From Eledone cirrhosa (lineage: Eukaryota): a stretch of DNA of 64,000 nucleotides. The position numbers and the translations under genes are program-made. The stretch lies in assembly GCA_964016885.1 (NCBI GenBank), contig OZ024741.1, positions 160,394,001-160,458,000 of the forward strand, written 5' to 3'. Below the pieces are notes generated by a model. It had not been told where the DNA came from, ran no database searches, and saw nothing but the letters and a program-made list of their open reading frames with translations. Shown here in pieces: positions 14,426 through 28,439 of this stretch (position 1 is its first letter; each line of letters starts with the position of its first letter).

Positions 14426-14456
14426 TCATAACTTGTGTGTTACACCTCTATTCTTT

Positions 14457-14530
<74 letters not shown>

Positions 14531-14594
14531 TATATATATATATATATATGTCTATATATATATATATATGTCTATATATATATATATATATATA

Positions 14595-14644
<50 letters not shown>

Positions 14645-14669
14645 TATATATATATATATGATTATACTG

Positions 14670-14713
<44 letters not shown>

Positions 14714-15134
14714 GGAGTATGTATGTGTGTGTGTGTGGCTTATGTATCTATGCGTGGGTGTATATTTGTGTATATATATATATATAAGGAGTTGTGGTAA
14801 TTATCACTTCTTACTATCCAATTTTATATTTTTATATATCTTTCTCTTACTTTTTTATTGTCTCCTAAACTCCATTGATTTAGCGGTTCTATAACGTCCC
14901 TCCTCTATTTTCTCCAGAACCCTTTTTTCGCCTACCTCCTCTGGCCTACTTTCATACACATTCCTTAGAATTTACTGCATAGAATTCACTTTCAACGCTT
15001 GACCGCACACCCTCATTGTTCTACAGGCAAGTTCACCCACCCCACCTCCCATCCACTGCGATGATAGACTTAATTGTGTTTACAACAAATGTTGACCAAT
15101 CCTCTTGACAACTACAATCTTCCCATATAAGGAA

Positions 15135-15234
15135 GTACCCCTTGAAAAGTTCGGCTATTTATTTACCAGGCTAAAAATTCTAATTTAGTCCAGAAATAGT
15201 CTTTGAAACAGATTGAGCTCTGCCGTCGGGGTCA
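15135..15234 (+). ncRNA. Degenerate hammerhead, U3-A8 core; the 3' half recurs intact at 22861-22905
   Basis: ACCCC-TTGAAAA-G..ggctattt/aaatagtc..GAAAC...GCC GTC-GGGGT. The 22876 copy has GAAAC GGC ttgagctct GCC GTC. Confidence 0.6.
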
Positions 15235-15242
15235 CACATTTT

Positions 15243-15295
<53 letters not shown>

Positions 15296-15383
15296 TTTTC
15301 TAACCCAGAAAAAAGAGAGAGATAGCGACAAAAAAAAAGAAAAAAAATATTTGTCTTCCTCATAATCGTCTCATTCTCCCTGT

Positions 15384-15431
<48 letters not shown>

Positions 15432-15930
15432 GTGTGAATACATGTATACATGTATACACACAGACACATATATTTCTGCACACACTCCCACACACACATA
15501 TATATACACACCTACATCCATGCGCGCATATACACGCATATATATCTGTCTCTACACCCATACACACATACGTATATACACAGCCATATGCATACCCGCT
15601 CTACCGTTTCTCTGGGTATAAGGTAGATTTCGTAAACATTCAGAGCATAGGGTGAGAATTGAGTAGAGTGAGATAAAGTAGTAAAGTGAAATAAAATATA
15701 TAAAAAATACGCATAAAAAAATAGACACAATAGATACAATAGAATAAATTACAATACAATAAGATAAAATTGAGTACATTAATGAAAAATAAGATAAAAT
15801 TGAGAACATTAATGCAAAATAAGATAAAATTGAGAACATTAATGCAAAATAAGATACGCTTAATGCGATGACGTGATGACACTTTCTAAATAAAATACAA
15901 TATATGGAATGTAAGATGTACTGACACATT

Positions 15931-16170
15931 CTAAATAAAATACAGTATAATAAATAGTATGATGTCTAAATAAAATACAGTATGATGTCGGGTCCGTACC
16001 TCCACAGGGCTCGAGTTAAACCTATCCGGGAATTCCAATGCAGAGAATATGCATTTTCGTTGATGTCTGCATGCTTTGATGACCTCGGATTTCAGGTTGA
16101 CTGCTTCACCCTTTAATCTTACTATTTCCATGGCTTCGGTCAAGCACAGCCTGCATCGGCAAAGAAGGAC
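15931..16170 (-). pseudogene. C-terminal fragment of a second Naiad-type PLE family
   Basis: CRCRLCLTEAMEIVRLKGEAVNLKSEVIKACRHQRK matches the CxLCxxE...N.KSE...CRH terminus. Confidence 0.75.
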
Positions 16171-16483
16171 GGTGAAGCCTGAAATTCTAAACCAATGAAA
16201 AGTCCGTATCAACAGGATAATGTCAATTGTTAACGATGGAACGGATCGAATGGATTCAATCGGAGGAAATGCTTTGAAAGCGCAAAACATATCTGAGGAT
16301 CTTGCGAATGCAGAGTCAGTTCTCACATTCCATATATATATATATAACCAACGTACTGGAGAAAAAGGACGTGCTGGAAAAAAAACATCACAGTACATTC
16401 GAAATATATATAATAAAGCATATATTTTAATTATGTGAATATCTTCATTTGTTAATATTTTAAATAATATATATATATATATA

Positions 16484-17143
16484 TAAGTATGTATACGTAG
16501 ATACATATATGTATACAGACGTACAGTAGTATATATATATATATATATATACATACATGCACATATATATATATGTACGTATGGATTCACCGAACATTTA
16601 TTATAATTCTCGGTGTGTTTGTAAACAAACATCCCGAATTAAGCCGTACAGTGTCTAGCAACCATCGTTGCTCATTTGTTCAACACTGACAAAGGAACGC
16701 TGTACTAGCTTCAAGCTTATTAGCTATCGTCAGCAACGTATACCTTCCTGTCAGATGGTTGAACGTCTGCTCAGCCGTTAATATGCATAAGGAAAGTATA
16801 TACTTTCAGACGTTCAACCATCTGGCAGGAAGGTATACGTTGCTGACGATAGCTAATAAGCTTGAAACTAGTTCAGCGTTCCTTTGTCAGTGTTGAACAA
16901 ATGATCAACGATGGTTGCTAGACACTGTACGGCTTAATTCGGGATGTTTGTTTACAAACACACCGAGCATTATAATAAATGTTCGGTGAATCCATACGTA
17001 CATATATATATGTGTGTGCATGTATGTATGTATATACATACTACTGTACGTCTGTATACATATATGTATGTACGTATACATACTTATATTTAAGTAACAG
17101 CCGTTCTAAGAGTGAGAAATGAAATTTCGTTTCATTTTTTCCA
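16484..17143. mobile_element. Fold-back copy of the HHR / promoter-cassette element (arms 16484-16769 / 16807-17087)
   Basis: ~280-bp inverted arms; homologous to 45062-45465. Confidence 0.92.
16838..16878 (+). ncRNA. Minimal hammerhead ribozyme (mirror copy 16698-16738 on the minus strand)
   Basis: CGTTG-CTGACGA-T-AGC taataa GCT-T-GAAA-CTAG-TT-CAGCG. Confidence 0.82.
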
Positions 17144-17633
17144 ATATATATATATATGATGGACAGGTCACGCGTGAATAACTGCAGACCGTGGACGTAT
17201 TTGACTGGTCATTGAAATATGTATCACAGCATTATCAGTAAAGGATTTAACATCTGAAACTACTTCGCATTTTCTCATTATATATACTAGTAGAAAAACC
17301 ACCTTTCGGTGTATCATAACCGTTATATCATAACCGGAAGTATTGACATTTGAAAATTTTTAAAGTGAATCTTAAAATAAGCAATCATTATATATAAGAA
17401 TATTTATGTTTAATCAACAGCTATGAAATTTAGTACATAAGTAAGTATAGCGAATATAGTAAGTATAGCGAATTTTTTAAAATTTATTTTAAAACTTTTT
17501 CTCTATTTGCTAGACCTTGATTTTATATGTTCTTGCTTGTTGATTTATTAACCCGCCATAGAACCACATTGGCATACGGTTGGATAATACTTGTTTCCCT
17601 ATATGTATTTTTTACACGTAGGAATTCATACTT

Positions 17634-17708
<75 letters not shown>

Positions 17709-17709
17709 A

Positions 17710-17760
<51 letters not shown>

Positions 17761-17850
17761 CATCGCAATAAAGATGATTTTTCTTCACTAGCCGGAATTG
17801 TTTCTGCCGTTCCCGGAACTCGGACTGCAATGACGCTGCTGCTGCTGCTG

Positions 17851-17922
<72 letters not shown>

Positions 17923-19321
17923 TTGCTTCTGCTGCTACAGCCACCAGCACCAACGCCACCTCCACCACCATTACTACCTTGTTCTATGAAAGTGGCGGTG
18001 GTGGGCTGTACTGAACGTACGGAAAATCTGTGTGTGTATAGATGTGTGATAAGGATGATGTGGAGGTGGCGGTGTGCGCTGAACACAGTTTCCAGTAAAT
18101 TAGTTAATCATGGGCTGAGTCCTTCTCCAGAAATGACATAGCCGCAAGCTGGTTCAAGATGGCGACTTAGCTAATCAAGCTTCCCTCTGCACACCGTCAT
18201 AACCATCACCAACAATATTATTTTTAATATGATTGCTTATTTTCCTTCCTTCGTCCTTTCCTTCCTTCTTTCTTTTGATCTTTCTTTTCCACCTTTTATT
18301 CTGTCTTTATCCTTCTTTCATTCCTTTTTCTTCTCAACCCTTTCCTTCCCCACATATCTTTTACTTTATTTTGTCAAACCCCAACCCCACATTTCCATTG
18401 TAATATGTCCAAATTTTCATTCAGTTCTTTCCTTCACTCATTCATTCTTTCATTTTATTCTTCTCGTTCTTTATTTCATTAATTTCAATGTCGTCTTCGT
18501 TCCCCTTTTCCTATTTTCAAAGCAATATTTTCGTACATTTATCCTTCCACACTCTCAGACTGACTCCCAATCTTCATAATTCTTTTTTCTTTCCTTTCTT
18601 TCATGCATTTTCTTTGTAGATTTTCTTTCCTCTTATTCTTTCTTTCTGTTTCCTTTTCATAACTCTCTTCTTCCTCCATTTTTCTGGAGTTTTTTTCGTT
18701 ATTTTTTAACCTGTCAAACTTGATCGTTTTTCATTTCTGCCTCTTTCCTTCCCCTTCCTTATTTCTTCTTTTTCTCTTCTCCCTTCCTTCCTTCCTAATC
18801 TTCTAGCAACTTAATACATACTCATTATTGATTATCTCTCCTCAATAATTCACTCTTTCAAAATGTCAGAGGTTTAACTCTAAGAATCACTTCCGGAATA
18901 TACATAATATATAATACATAATTCATATGTATATATGTGTGTGTGTCTGTGTGTGTCTGTGTGTCTGTGTCTGTGTCTCTGTGTGTGTGTGTGTGTGTCA
19001 AACAGAAAGTTAGTTGTTACTTATATTCATGGACATTTCAATGAAAAGATAATCATCAAATCAGAGAAGCATTGAAACATAGTTTAACTTATGCCAAAAT
19101 CTTCATTGAGGAAATACAAACTAGACAAACTAATATTAGAAAGTTTCGCTCACACCATCTCCCTAACTGCAATTAAGTCAATCAATATTGGACGAAATTC
19201 CTTCATCAGAAGGATTCTTCGGAAGTAGAAAAAAGTATTAAATAGATAGTATATGGATATATAAATAAGGAAACACAAAGCAGGCTTAGTTTACAAACGG
19301 CTAGCGAATTTGAAAATTAGG

Positions 19322-19370
19322 TAGTAACATATGCTTACGCCGTCAAATACGGCGTAAGCATATGTTACTA
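19322..19370. repeat. Perfect 22-bp hairpin with a 5-nt loop, abutting (TA)n
   Basis: tagtaacatatgcttacgccgt-caaat-acggcgtaagcatatgttacta. Confidence 0.95.
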
Positions 19371-19372
19371 TC

Positions 19373-19409
<37 letters not shown>

Positions 19410-19508
19410 ATAAACTTAAGAAAATTTACAAAGATATATATATACACCGAATATACTCGTGTAAAAGTCGAATGTTTAGGCCATTTCTTTAGGTTAAATT
19501 TGAATGGG

Positions 19509-19600
19509 AAAAAAAAGACGCGTATAGACGTACATGGAACACGAAGCCACATCTTTGGTTTGCCGGACCAATGTGTTACCATTACACCAACACACCACAC
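19509..19600 (-). other. tRNA-like Pol III unit followed by a poly-T run; partial inverted copy at 19667-19715
   Basis: Minus strand gtggtgtgttggtgtaatggtaacacattggtccggcaaaccaaagatgtggcttcgtgttcca...tttttttt. A box present, B box degenerate. Confidence 0.5.
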
Positions 19601-19997
19601 TGGCTTCTCTCTTTTCAGTTAGAAGCTATATAACCAATACAGGTATATATATATAGAGAGAGAGATATGGGTTCGTGTCCCACGTACGTCAATACTCATC
19701 CTTTTTTTCCATTCAGAGGGTCTTTTTTTAATCCCAACTAACAGACTAAATCTATTTAGTCGCAGCGCGCATCTCCCTTGCCGTCCTCCGGGGAAACGCC
19801 TTCTCCATTCTGTGCGCCGGGGCTATGGGTGGGCCCCATCGCGTACCGTTGTAGTTGTTGTATACAGATATTAACTCATCAAAGATAGGCATTTGTGCCT
19901 GGTATCACATTTTAACAATATCACAACGTGGTTTTATAACTACTTGGTCATGACCTAGTGTCAAGCTGAATCAGTATATGGATAGTATATATATATG

Positions 19998-20078
<81 letters not shown>

Positions 20079-20132
20079 CATATATGTGTGTGTGTATGCG
20101 TATGTGTGTATGCGGTATACATACATACATCA

Positions 20133-20167
<35 letters not shown>

Positions 20168-20271
20168 CATGTATGTATACCGCACACACATACGCATACA
20201 CACACATATATGTGTGTGTGTGTGTATGCATATGTGTATGTGTGTGGTATACATACATACATCATACGAAC

Positions 20272-20310
<39 letters not shown>

Positions 20311-20397
20311 GGAAAAATTTGAACAGGGACAAAACAGAGAGGCAGTACAACGAATGTTTATTAATTTCACGCTCTGGAGAGTGGGGTGTTGGTGGGG

Positions 20398-20430
20398 GAC
20401 GACGTTTCGGGCATAAGCCCTTCCTCAGGT
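20398..20430 (-). ncRNA. Minimal PLE-type hammerhead motif
   Basis: CTGAGGA-A-GGGC ttat GCCC-GAAACGTC; stem I is poor. The flank recurs at 53335-53410. Confidence 0.6.
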
Positions 20431-20496
20431 GAGAAATGTATGTATGATGTATGTATACCGCACACACATACGCATACACACACATATATATGTATG

Positions 20497-20528
<32 letters not shown>

Positions 20529-20574
20529 TACATATATATATATATTTATATATACATATATATATATATATATT

Positions 20575-20626
<52 letters not shown>

Positions 20627-20627
20627 C

Positions 20628-20760
<133 letters not shown>

Positions 20761-20807
20761 CGCGCGTGTGTGCGCGCGCGTGTGTGTGTGTGTGTGTGTG
20801 TGTGTGT

Positions 20808-21411
20808 CATATAGTCGAGTTATAGTCGATCTCATGTAAAAGTTGACCCAAGTATTTCACGGATAACAGGTCACCATTTGTGGTATTTAAAGCCGGAAGT
20901 TGCACTGAATTAATTAAAAATTAAAATGCTGTTCTAATATACTGTACCATGAGACACTTGTAATGAGCGTGACTTTAACCAGGAATATAAAAATAGTGTA
21001 ATCAGAGAGTTGTGATACGAAACACGCGCAGTACGGTAGGTAGTATTATCCATGCTGATATACAGTAATTAAGAGATATAAATTGATTTTACGAAGCTAG
21101 TCTGATAAGTTTGATGGATACGAGTAAAAATGCAAGTATAAATATTTATAAGAGCTACATGGCCTTGTTTACGGATTTTGTAATTTACTAGGACGTGTGT
21201 TTTGTTGAATAGAATCGGTAATATTACTGTAATTCATTGTGTTTTTGTTTTTATTCATTAAGATATCAGTTAAGCTTTTGTTCTGGATATGGTACTTTGG
21301 ATTCTAGCTTGAATTTCAAGCCACTCAAAAGTAGTAGCCATGTAATAATCGACACCATAAATTTAACCTAAAGAAATGGTCTAAATATTCGACTATTACA
21401 CGAGTATATAC

Positions 21412-21413
<2 letters not shown>
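20808..21413. mobile_element. Non-autonomous Tc1/pogo-superfamily element
   Basis: Right TIR tcgactattacacgagtatatacgg|TA, degenerate left TIR catatagtcgagttatagtcga. The same end recurs inverted at 19446-19501. Confidence 0.6.
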
Positions 21414-21482
<69 letters not shown>

Positions 21483-21577
21483 TATATAAAATAAGTAACG
21501 GAGTCAGAAACTCGCATTAGTCCTTGTAATTTATGAGCTCAAGGGAAAAAGAATCCTGGGCTCTTCAAATATAATAT

Positions 21578-21721
21578 AGAGAAGATAATACACGAGAGAG
21601 AGTGTGTTTATCAAGGTACAGGGAATACCACTAGCATTTGGAATCTAGTTTATAGATTCCATACGCTAGTGGTATTCCCTGTACATTGATAAACACACAC
21701 TCTCTCTCTCGTGTGTTATCT

Positions 21722-21726
<5 letters not shown>
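21578..21726. repeat. Palindrome with ~70-bp arms; related family at 22330-22620
   Basis: agagaagataatacacgag...ggaatcta / tagattcc...cgtgtgttatcttctct. The upstream 21490-21590 resembles 22335-22435, which has its own inverted arms (22422-22485 / 22560-22620). Confidence 0.88.
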
Positions 21727-21786
<60 letters not shown>

Positions 21787-21941
21787 ATATATTGTTATGC
21801 TTGGGAGATATATATTGTTATGCTTGGGAGGGTCATGTTGCCAATAAGAAACACACGCACCAGTTGCTTTCACTTCAATTTATTATAAATTAAATTTATA
21901 AATTTAAGAATTTATAAATTTCCGGTTGGTTCAGAAACGAA

Positions 21942-21982
<41 letters not shown>

Positions 21983-22254
21983 AATGAAAGGTATAGAAAT
22001 TGTTGTAGCGAGAAGCTAACAGTATTCCATAACATATATATGCGACTATAGCGTCAAGATGGGAAAAATAGTTAACGTAAGATGTAGGGAAAATAATTCA
22101 AACTCATCTCAAAGAGAATCAGGATATAAATTTATCCAACAGAATTTAGTGAAATCCAGTGAAAAATCAATAGAGCCTTAACTCATGATAAAATAAAATC
22201 TAAAATACTTATCCTTCAATTTGGAAAAACATCAAATGCTCTGTTTAGTCTTAA

Positions 22255-22327
<73 letters not shown>

Positions 22328-22686
22328 ATTGTAAAAACGGAGTTAAAGACTCACGTTAATCCCCTGTAATTTTATGAGGTCAAGGAATAAATTACCGGGC
22401 CTCTCAATAATCCAGTATATAGAGAAGAAAACACAAAAGGGGGTTATGTTTTCATTTACAAGGGGTAGAGAACCACTATAGTGAAGGGTATAAGGTCGAC
22501 TAAAAGTGGAGAAAATACATAATAATTAAAAAGTAAAATTAAAATGTAAAAAACCCACGTTCACTATAGTAGTTCTCTACCCCTTGTAATCGAAAACATA
22601 CCACTTTTTGTTTTTTCTTTTTGTTTTTTTATGTTTTATTTTTTTATCTTTATGTTTTCTTTTACTGTATTATATATATGTGTATG

Positions 22687-22718
<32 letters not shown>

Positions 22719-22801
22719 TATATAACAAAGGAATTGTGGTAAGGAACCAGATGGACCATAACGCACCAGAGTACTCAATACTTAGGGTAGTAGAGTGGGA
22801 A

Positions 22802-22917
22802 ATAGGAAAAAGTATGACTCCGACGGCAGAGCTCAAGCCGTTTCGACGGCTATTTCTGGACCAGAAATAGCCGTCGAAACGGCTTGAGCTCTGCCGTCGG
22901 AGTCATACTTTTTCCTA
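22802..22917. repeat. Perfect palindrome (~58-bp arms, 1-nt centre) built from the 3' half of a hammerhead
   Basis: ataggaaaaagtatgactccgacggc...tatttctgg-a-ccagaaata...gccgtcggagtcatactttttcctat. The adjacent 22730-22800 is the reverse complement of 13321-13392. Confidence 0.95.
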
Positions 22918-23903
22918 TATATATATATATATATATATCTTAGTTAATTTTCAAAAGTTTATATATATATATATAAACTTAAGAAGGACAAGACAAAAAA
23001 CGGAAACAAAACAAAACGAAAAACAATTTTTTAAGGGAAAAACCTTAATTTTTTTTTTTTAAATAACTATACAAAGGAAGGACACAGAACTCCATGGTCA
23101 TATATGTATATATTATTAGTATAAATCGAGGTTGAAGACGCAATATAGTATGTTTGAGGCAGTCACAAAGCACTCAATGGTGCGAAAAGTTTATACATTT
23201 TCGTCCAGAGTGAACACAGAGTTTAGAAAGTGGGACCAAAAAAACCGACGAAATGCATGTGTCCATACTGCATTTTCATGATGGAACGGGAGTCTCTTTA
23301 TTTGGCAGGTTTTGTTCCGTATTATCCAACGTTGTTCTGCTGGGAGCCATTGAGCCATTCGATTATAGTAATAAATTCGCCTGTATCATCACGTGACTTT
23401 TCTCAAAAGAGGAAGGCCATGTTGACCGAACTGTAGGCGGGTAAATTCAGGGTGTGAACAAAGATATTTTCAAAACCTCAAATAAAAGCTAATAACGGTC
23501 AATCATATCATGTACAGGATATAAAACTTTATATGATCGTGCAAATCAATACAGTATATGGACGATTTATTACTCATAACAAATATAAGCACTTTATAGC
23601 AATCAACACACACATTCATTATATATTAAATATCATTCTTAAATTAAAATGACGTTTCTATTCATTTAGTTAATAAACATAAGATTGCTGTAGATATATA
23701 TAATGCACATCACTTTAATCTGTTATCAAAATGTTTCTATGTTGTGTCACTTTATGCCCCGTTACATAGCGATACGACAACTAGAGACCGACAAAAAAAG
23801 TGGTGCACTAAAATAAGTTCTACGAGTAATATGTTTGAATAAAATCACTTCAAAGTGTTACCCAGCATGGCCCAATAAATGCAGGCATGGCAGAGCGTAA
23901 CCC

Positions 23904-23904
<1 letters not shown>

Positions 23905-23934
<30 letters not shown>

Positions 23935-24180
23935 CTTCTTCTTCTTCTTCTTCTTCTTCTTCTTCGTGAGAGGGTCACGTGAGCAGAGTCCTCAGACATG
24001 CCTTCCAGAGTGTCTTACCAGATCACCAAGCGAGACCAACAACCTCGCTGGTGGTCTACCTCGGGTTTCCTGCCAGTCGGCTTTACTCGTAAAAATCTAT
24101 CCTGCAATTGTTTCTCTAGATATTCTAGCTACATGTCCGTAGTACCGGAGCTCTGATCTCGCGATACAACAGTCTATTAA
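23905..24180 (-). mobile_element. RTE-type LINE 3' fragment with (GAA)n tail
   Basis: Minus strand reads LRYYGHVAR...RGRP followed by (gaa)n. Confidence 0.65.
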
Positions 24181-24408
24181 AATTAACAATGTCATATGTA
24201 TATGTTACTGTTAGCTCGATGACATAGCGGTAAGTTGTTTGAATCAATGACACGAGTGTATGTAATGGCTTCGATCACCACCAGAAATTATATAGAGTCT
24301 TATTAAACATTTTACTTTGACCATGTATCTAATTTAAAAACCATGATCATATCAATGTTTTCATTACATAACTATATAAAACAACGTAAAATATAACAAT
24401 AAATGAAA

Positions 24409-24520
24409 TAATTGTTTCTACTTTTGGCACAAGGCCAGCAATTCACCAGTACATTACTGGTACTTTATTTTATCGACCCCGTAAGGATGAAAGGCAAAGT
24501 TAACCTCGACGGGATTTGAA
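24409..24520 (-). mobile_element. SINE 3' fragment
   Basis: Reverse complement of the SINE body and tail (ggggtcgataaaataaagtaccag...ggccttgtgcc). Confidence 0.8.
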
Positions 24521-24758
24521 ATGAAATAATGGTTATTATTTATATGAAATAAGGACCATCTATATATAAATTTGAGCGACTTCCGAGCGTCCGTCACACA
24601 ATGTGTGAGTGTATTTGTGTGAATGTATGTATGTGAGTGTGTATTTTTGTGTGTCTGTGTTTGCGCGTTTATATTTATATACTCATATATATAAATGTAT
24701 GCATATGCACATACACACACGCACACACATATACACATACGTGTCAGTGGTGGAGGTT

Positions 24759-24840
<82 letters not shown>

Positions 24841-25007
24841 GTGAAAATGGAAGAAGAAGAAGAAGAAGAAGAAGAAGAAGAAGAAGAAGCGAACATACAT
24901 TCAATCATATTCATACATCAGTGTTGGCATGCATGTGTGTGCGTGGGTGCATACAAACACATATATATAGGTATATATATATATACATATGTATATACAC
25001 ACACATA

Positions 25008-25048
<41 letters not shown>

Positions 25049-25066
25049 GATATATGTATATATGTA

Positions 25067-25099
<33 letters not shown>

Positions 25100-25639
25100 G
25101 CGTGTATATACATATATATATGCATATATATACATATATATTCACATATACATAGACATATACATATAGATATACATATATACATAGACATAGACATATA
25201 CATATATATACTAGGAAAATAGAATTAAAATATATCAACAAAATAAATAGCAATAGTAACCAGAACACAACAGAACATTAAATAAAAAAAATGTCTTCCA
25301 TTAAAACAACTATTTTCTGTTTTCTTTCCAGTTATTGTTTTACTTTATATATTTTCTACACATTTTCTATATTTTATTAATGAGTTTTAACATTTATTTT
25401 TTTAATTATATATAATTCTAAGTTTGTGGTTAATTTCTAATGTTGCGGTGTATGTATTTTTTTTTTTTTTCTGGTGGTTTTCGTCACATTTTATTTTTTT
25501 ATTTTTACATCTATATGTTTCTTTCTTAAACTGTTTTTGTTGTTGATTTTGTTGCTGTTCTTAGCCATTATCTATACTGCTAAATTCATATATATAGTAT
25601 AGATATATATATATATATATATTTATATGTATGTGTGTG

Positions 25640-25717
<78 letters not shown>

Positions 25718-25807
25718 CATGCAAATTTATGTTTGTGTGTGTATGTATATATATATTTACATATATATATGTATGCATAAATATACACACAGAGACAAAC
25801 ACACATA

Positions 25808-25945
<138 letters not shown>

Positions 25946-26488
25946 ATTTTTGCTAGTTTCTAAATTTGCACTACATAATTTTGGGAAAATTCGGTTATTT
26001 ACCATGAAAATATAAACATTCACAAGAAGAATAAAAACAACAGCAATAACAACAGCATCAGCAACAATAACAACAGCATCAAAAAGCAATTCATAGACAT
26101 ACATATAAGAGAAATCTAAGAAAATATATACATATATATATGTGTCTATGTGTGAGTATGTGCATATATGTATATATATGTGTGTATGTGCATATATGTA
26201 TATATACAAGTGTGTGTGTCTGTATGTGTGAGTTCGTATATGTATATATACATTTGTGTGTGTCAGTGTGTGTGAGTTCGTATATGTGCATATATGTATA
26301 TATATGTGTATGTGTGTGTGTGTGAGTTCATATATGTGCATATTTGTATATATATATATATATATGTGTGAGTTCATATATGTGCATATATGTATATATA
26401 CATGTGTGTGTGAGAGAGATTTCATATATGTGCATGTATATGTGTGTATGTATGTGTATCTGTGTGTGTGAGAGATTTCATATATGTG

Positions 26489-26592
<104 letters not shown>

Positions 26593-27585
26593 TAAAAACG
26601 AAACGAAAACCGAGATAAAAATAGGTGCATGTCAATGATTATATATATTATGTTTGAGAAAAAATAACAAAAGTTAGAAACTAAAGAAACAATGGAATTT
26701 AAAAAGGAGACAAAAGAGAAAGGAACCACGAAAGAAAGGAAGTACGAAAGAAGGAAAAGATGGCAGAAAGAGGCAAAAGGAATGAAAAGTTGGAAATAAG
26801 CAAGAAAGTCTGTGTATCTAGCACATTTTTCTCTAAAAAATTATGCCTATTTGCAAAATTACGAGGAGAAATATTTCTTTCCAAAATTATTGATTTCTTT
26901 CATTAGAAAAGATTTTAAAATTTTTAGGGATAATTTTATAATTCTTTGAAATCTTTCAACTATATTACTGGTACTTTTCTCAACTATTGAGGTAAAGAAA
27001 GGATCTTCTAACTGAAACTATACTGTTGTGTGACGAAACTTTCTACCGACTGCTTAGCATTTCTGACCTTCCATAATTTCGGCCATTTTGACTACTACTC
27101 TTCAAGGAAATTTGAAATATGTATAAAATATTGACGGATGCAACATTCTGTAAAATATCTGTAAAATAGTGCCACTCTAAATGATACTTAGTTGTGTTCT
27201 TCCTTTCAACTCCATTATTCTACCAATCCCAGCACACATTCACTCACAAATAAATTGAAATATACTGAACTACCAGTAATATATTCAAGACGGTTAAATC
27301 AAGTATATTTCCCCGTCTGCTCTTGTTACAGATGAAAGGCTACAATTATTATATCCATTAACATCCGACGTAATTGTTTTGTCAAAAGTCTGGTAGAATG
27401 GTAGAATCTTACAGCACTAGACATTGTTATTGCGGTAATTGGTTGTTTCTTAACATTCTCAGTCCAAAGCCCACTTAACTTTGTTTCATCCTTCCGAAAT
27501 TTATAAACGAAGTACCAGTCAAATACTTAGGGCAATGTAACTGAATGTGTCCTCTCCCAGATTTCAAGATTTGTATTCCTATTAT

Positions 27586-27792
27586 GGCAGTATCGGTAGA
27601 GCGTCTAACAACAGGCTTTATGTTACGTCCCTTTACGTTCTGAGTTCAAACTCCGCCAAGGTTAACTTTACCTTTTATCCTTACGGGGTCGATAAAATAA
27701 AGTACCAGTCACACACGGAGTCGATTTAATCGACTTTCCCCTCCCCCAAAATTGCTGACCTTGGTGCCTATAGTAGAAATCATTATTGTTAT
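27586..27792 (+). mobile_element. tRNA-derived SINE
   Basis: ggcagtatcggtagagcgtc...gttcaaactccgcc...ggggtcgataaaataaagtaccag...agtagaaatcattattg. Confidence 0.82.
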
Positions 27793-28439
27793 TATTTCTA
27801 TTGTTGTTGGGTTTCTCCAGGCGTGGAATACATCGACGGAGTAAGATAATTGTTTAACATGTTTTTAAAACATTTTTGTCTGAACATTATATATTGTTTT
27901 GTTGCTAAACCAACTATCTTCTAAAGGAGCTGGTAGGTTTTTGTATATATGTAACCCTTAAAATTTAAAATTTGTGTTTCTGTTCACAAACACGCCCCAC
28001 CTTCTTTAAAAAGAAAAAAAAACAGAGATGGTTGACGAGAAATGTTCTTCTGCTGAAATGAACAGCCGACTCTCCAACAACAACTCTGCAGAGGAAAAAC
28101 TATAAAATAAATTTCCCGCAATTAAAAACTTTAATATCACCGTCACCATCATATGAACTACAAAATTAAAAAAAAAATCAATAACACAGCCACGAATACT
28201 GCCACCAATACCATCACCACCAACAACTTCACCTCTCCTAACAATACTGCAACAACAAAAAATACAACAGAAGCAAAAAAAATAAAAATAAAATAACAGT
28301 AATACAGACAACAACAATAACAACAATAGATTTGCAGCAACAGACCTTTTTAACATGAACATTTTGCATAAAGACATATTTGGCTCAAGCAGCCAAACTG
28401 ATCAAACTAGAGAAATCAAGGGCCGATGTAGCCACACCA

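Noticed and set aside
16270-16325. CTGAGGA plus hairpin as a hammerhead
   Set aside because: No GAAA follows stem II and there is no NUH site.
19140-19215. Minus-strand CTGATGA...GAAAC hammerhead
   Set aside because: Stems I and II do not pair.
19760-19850. HDV-like ribozyme
   Set aside because: P1- and P4-like helices exist, but P2 and the catalytic J4/2 strand could not be found.
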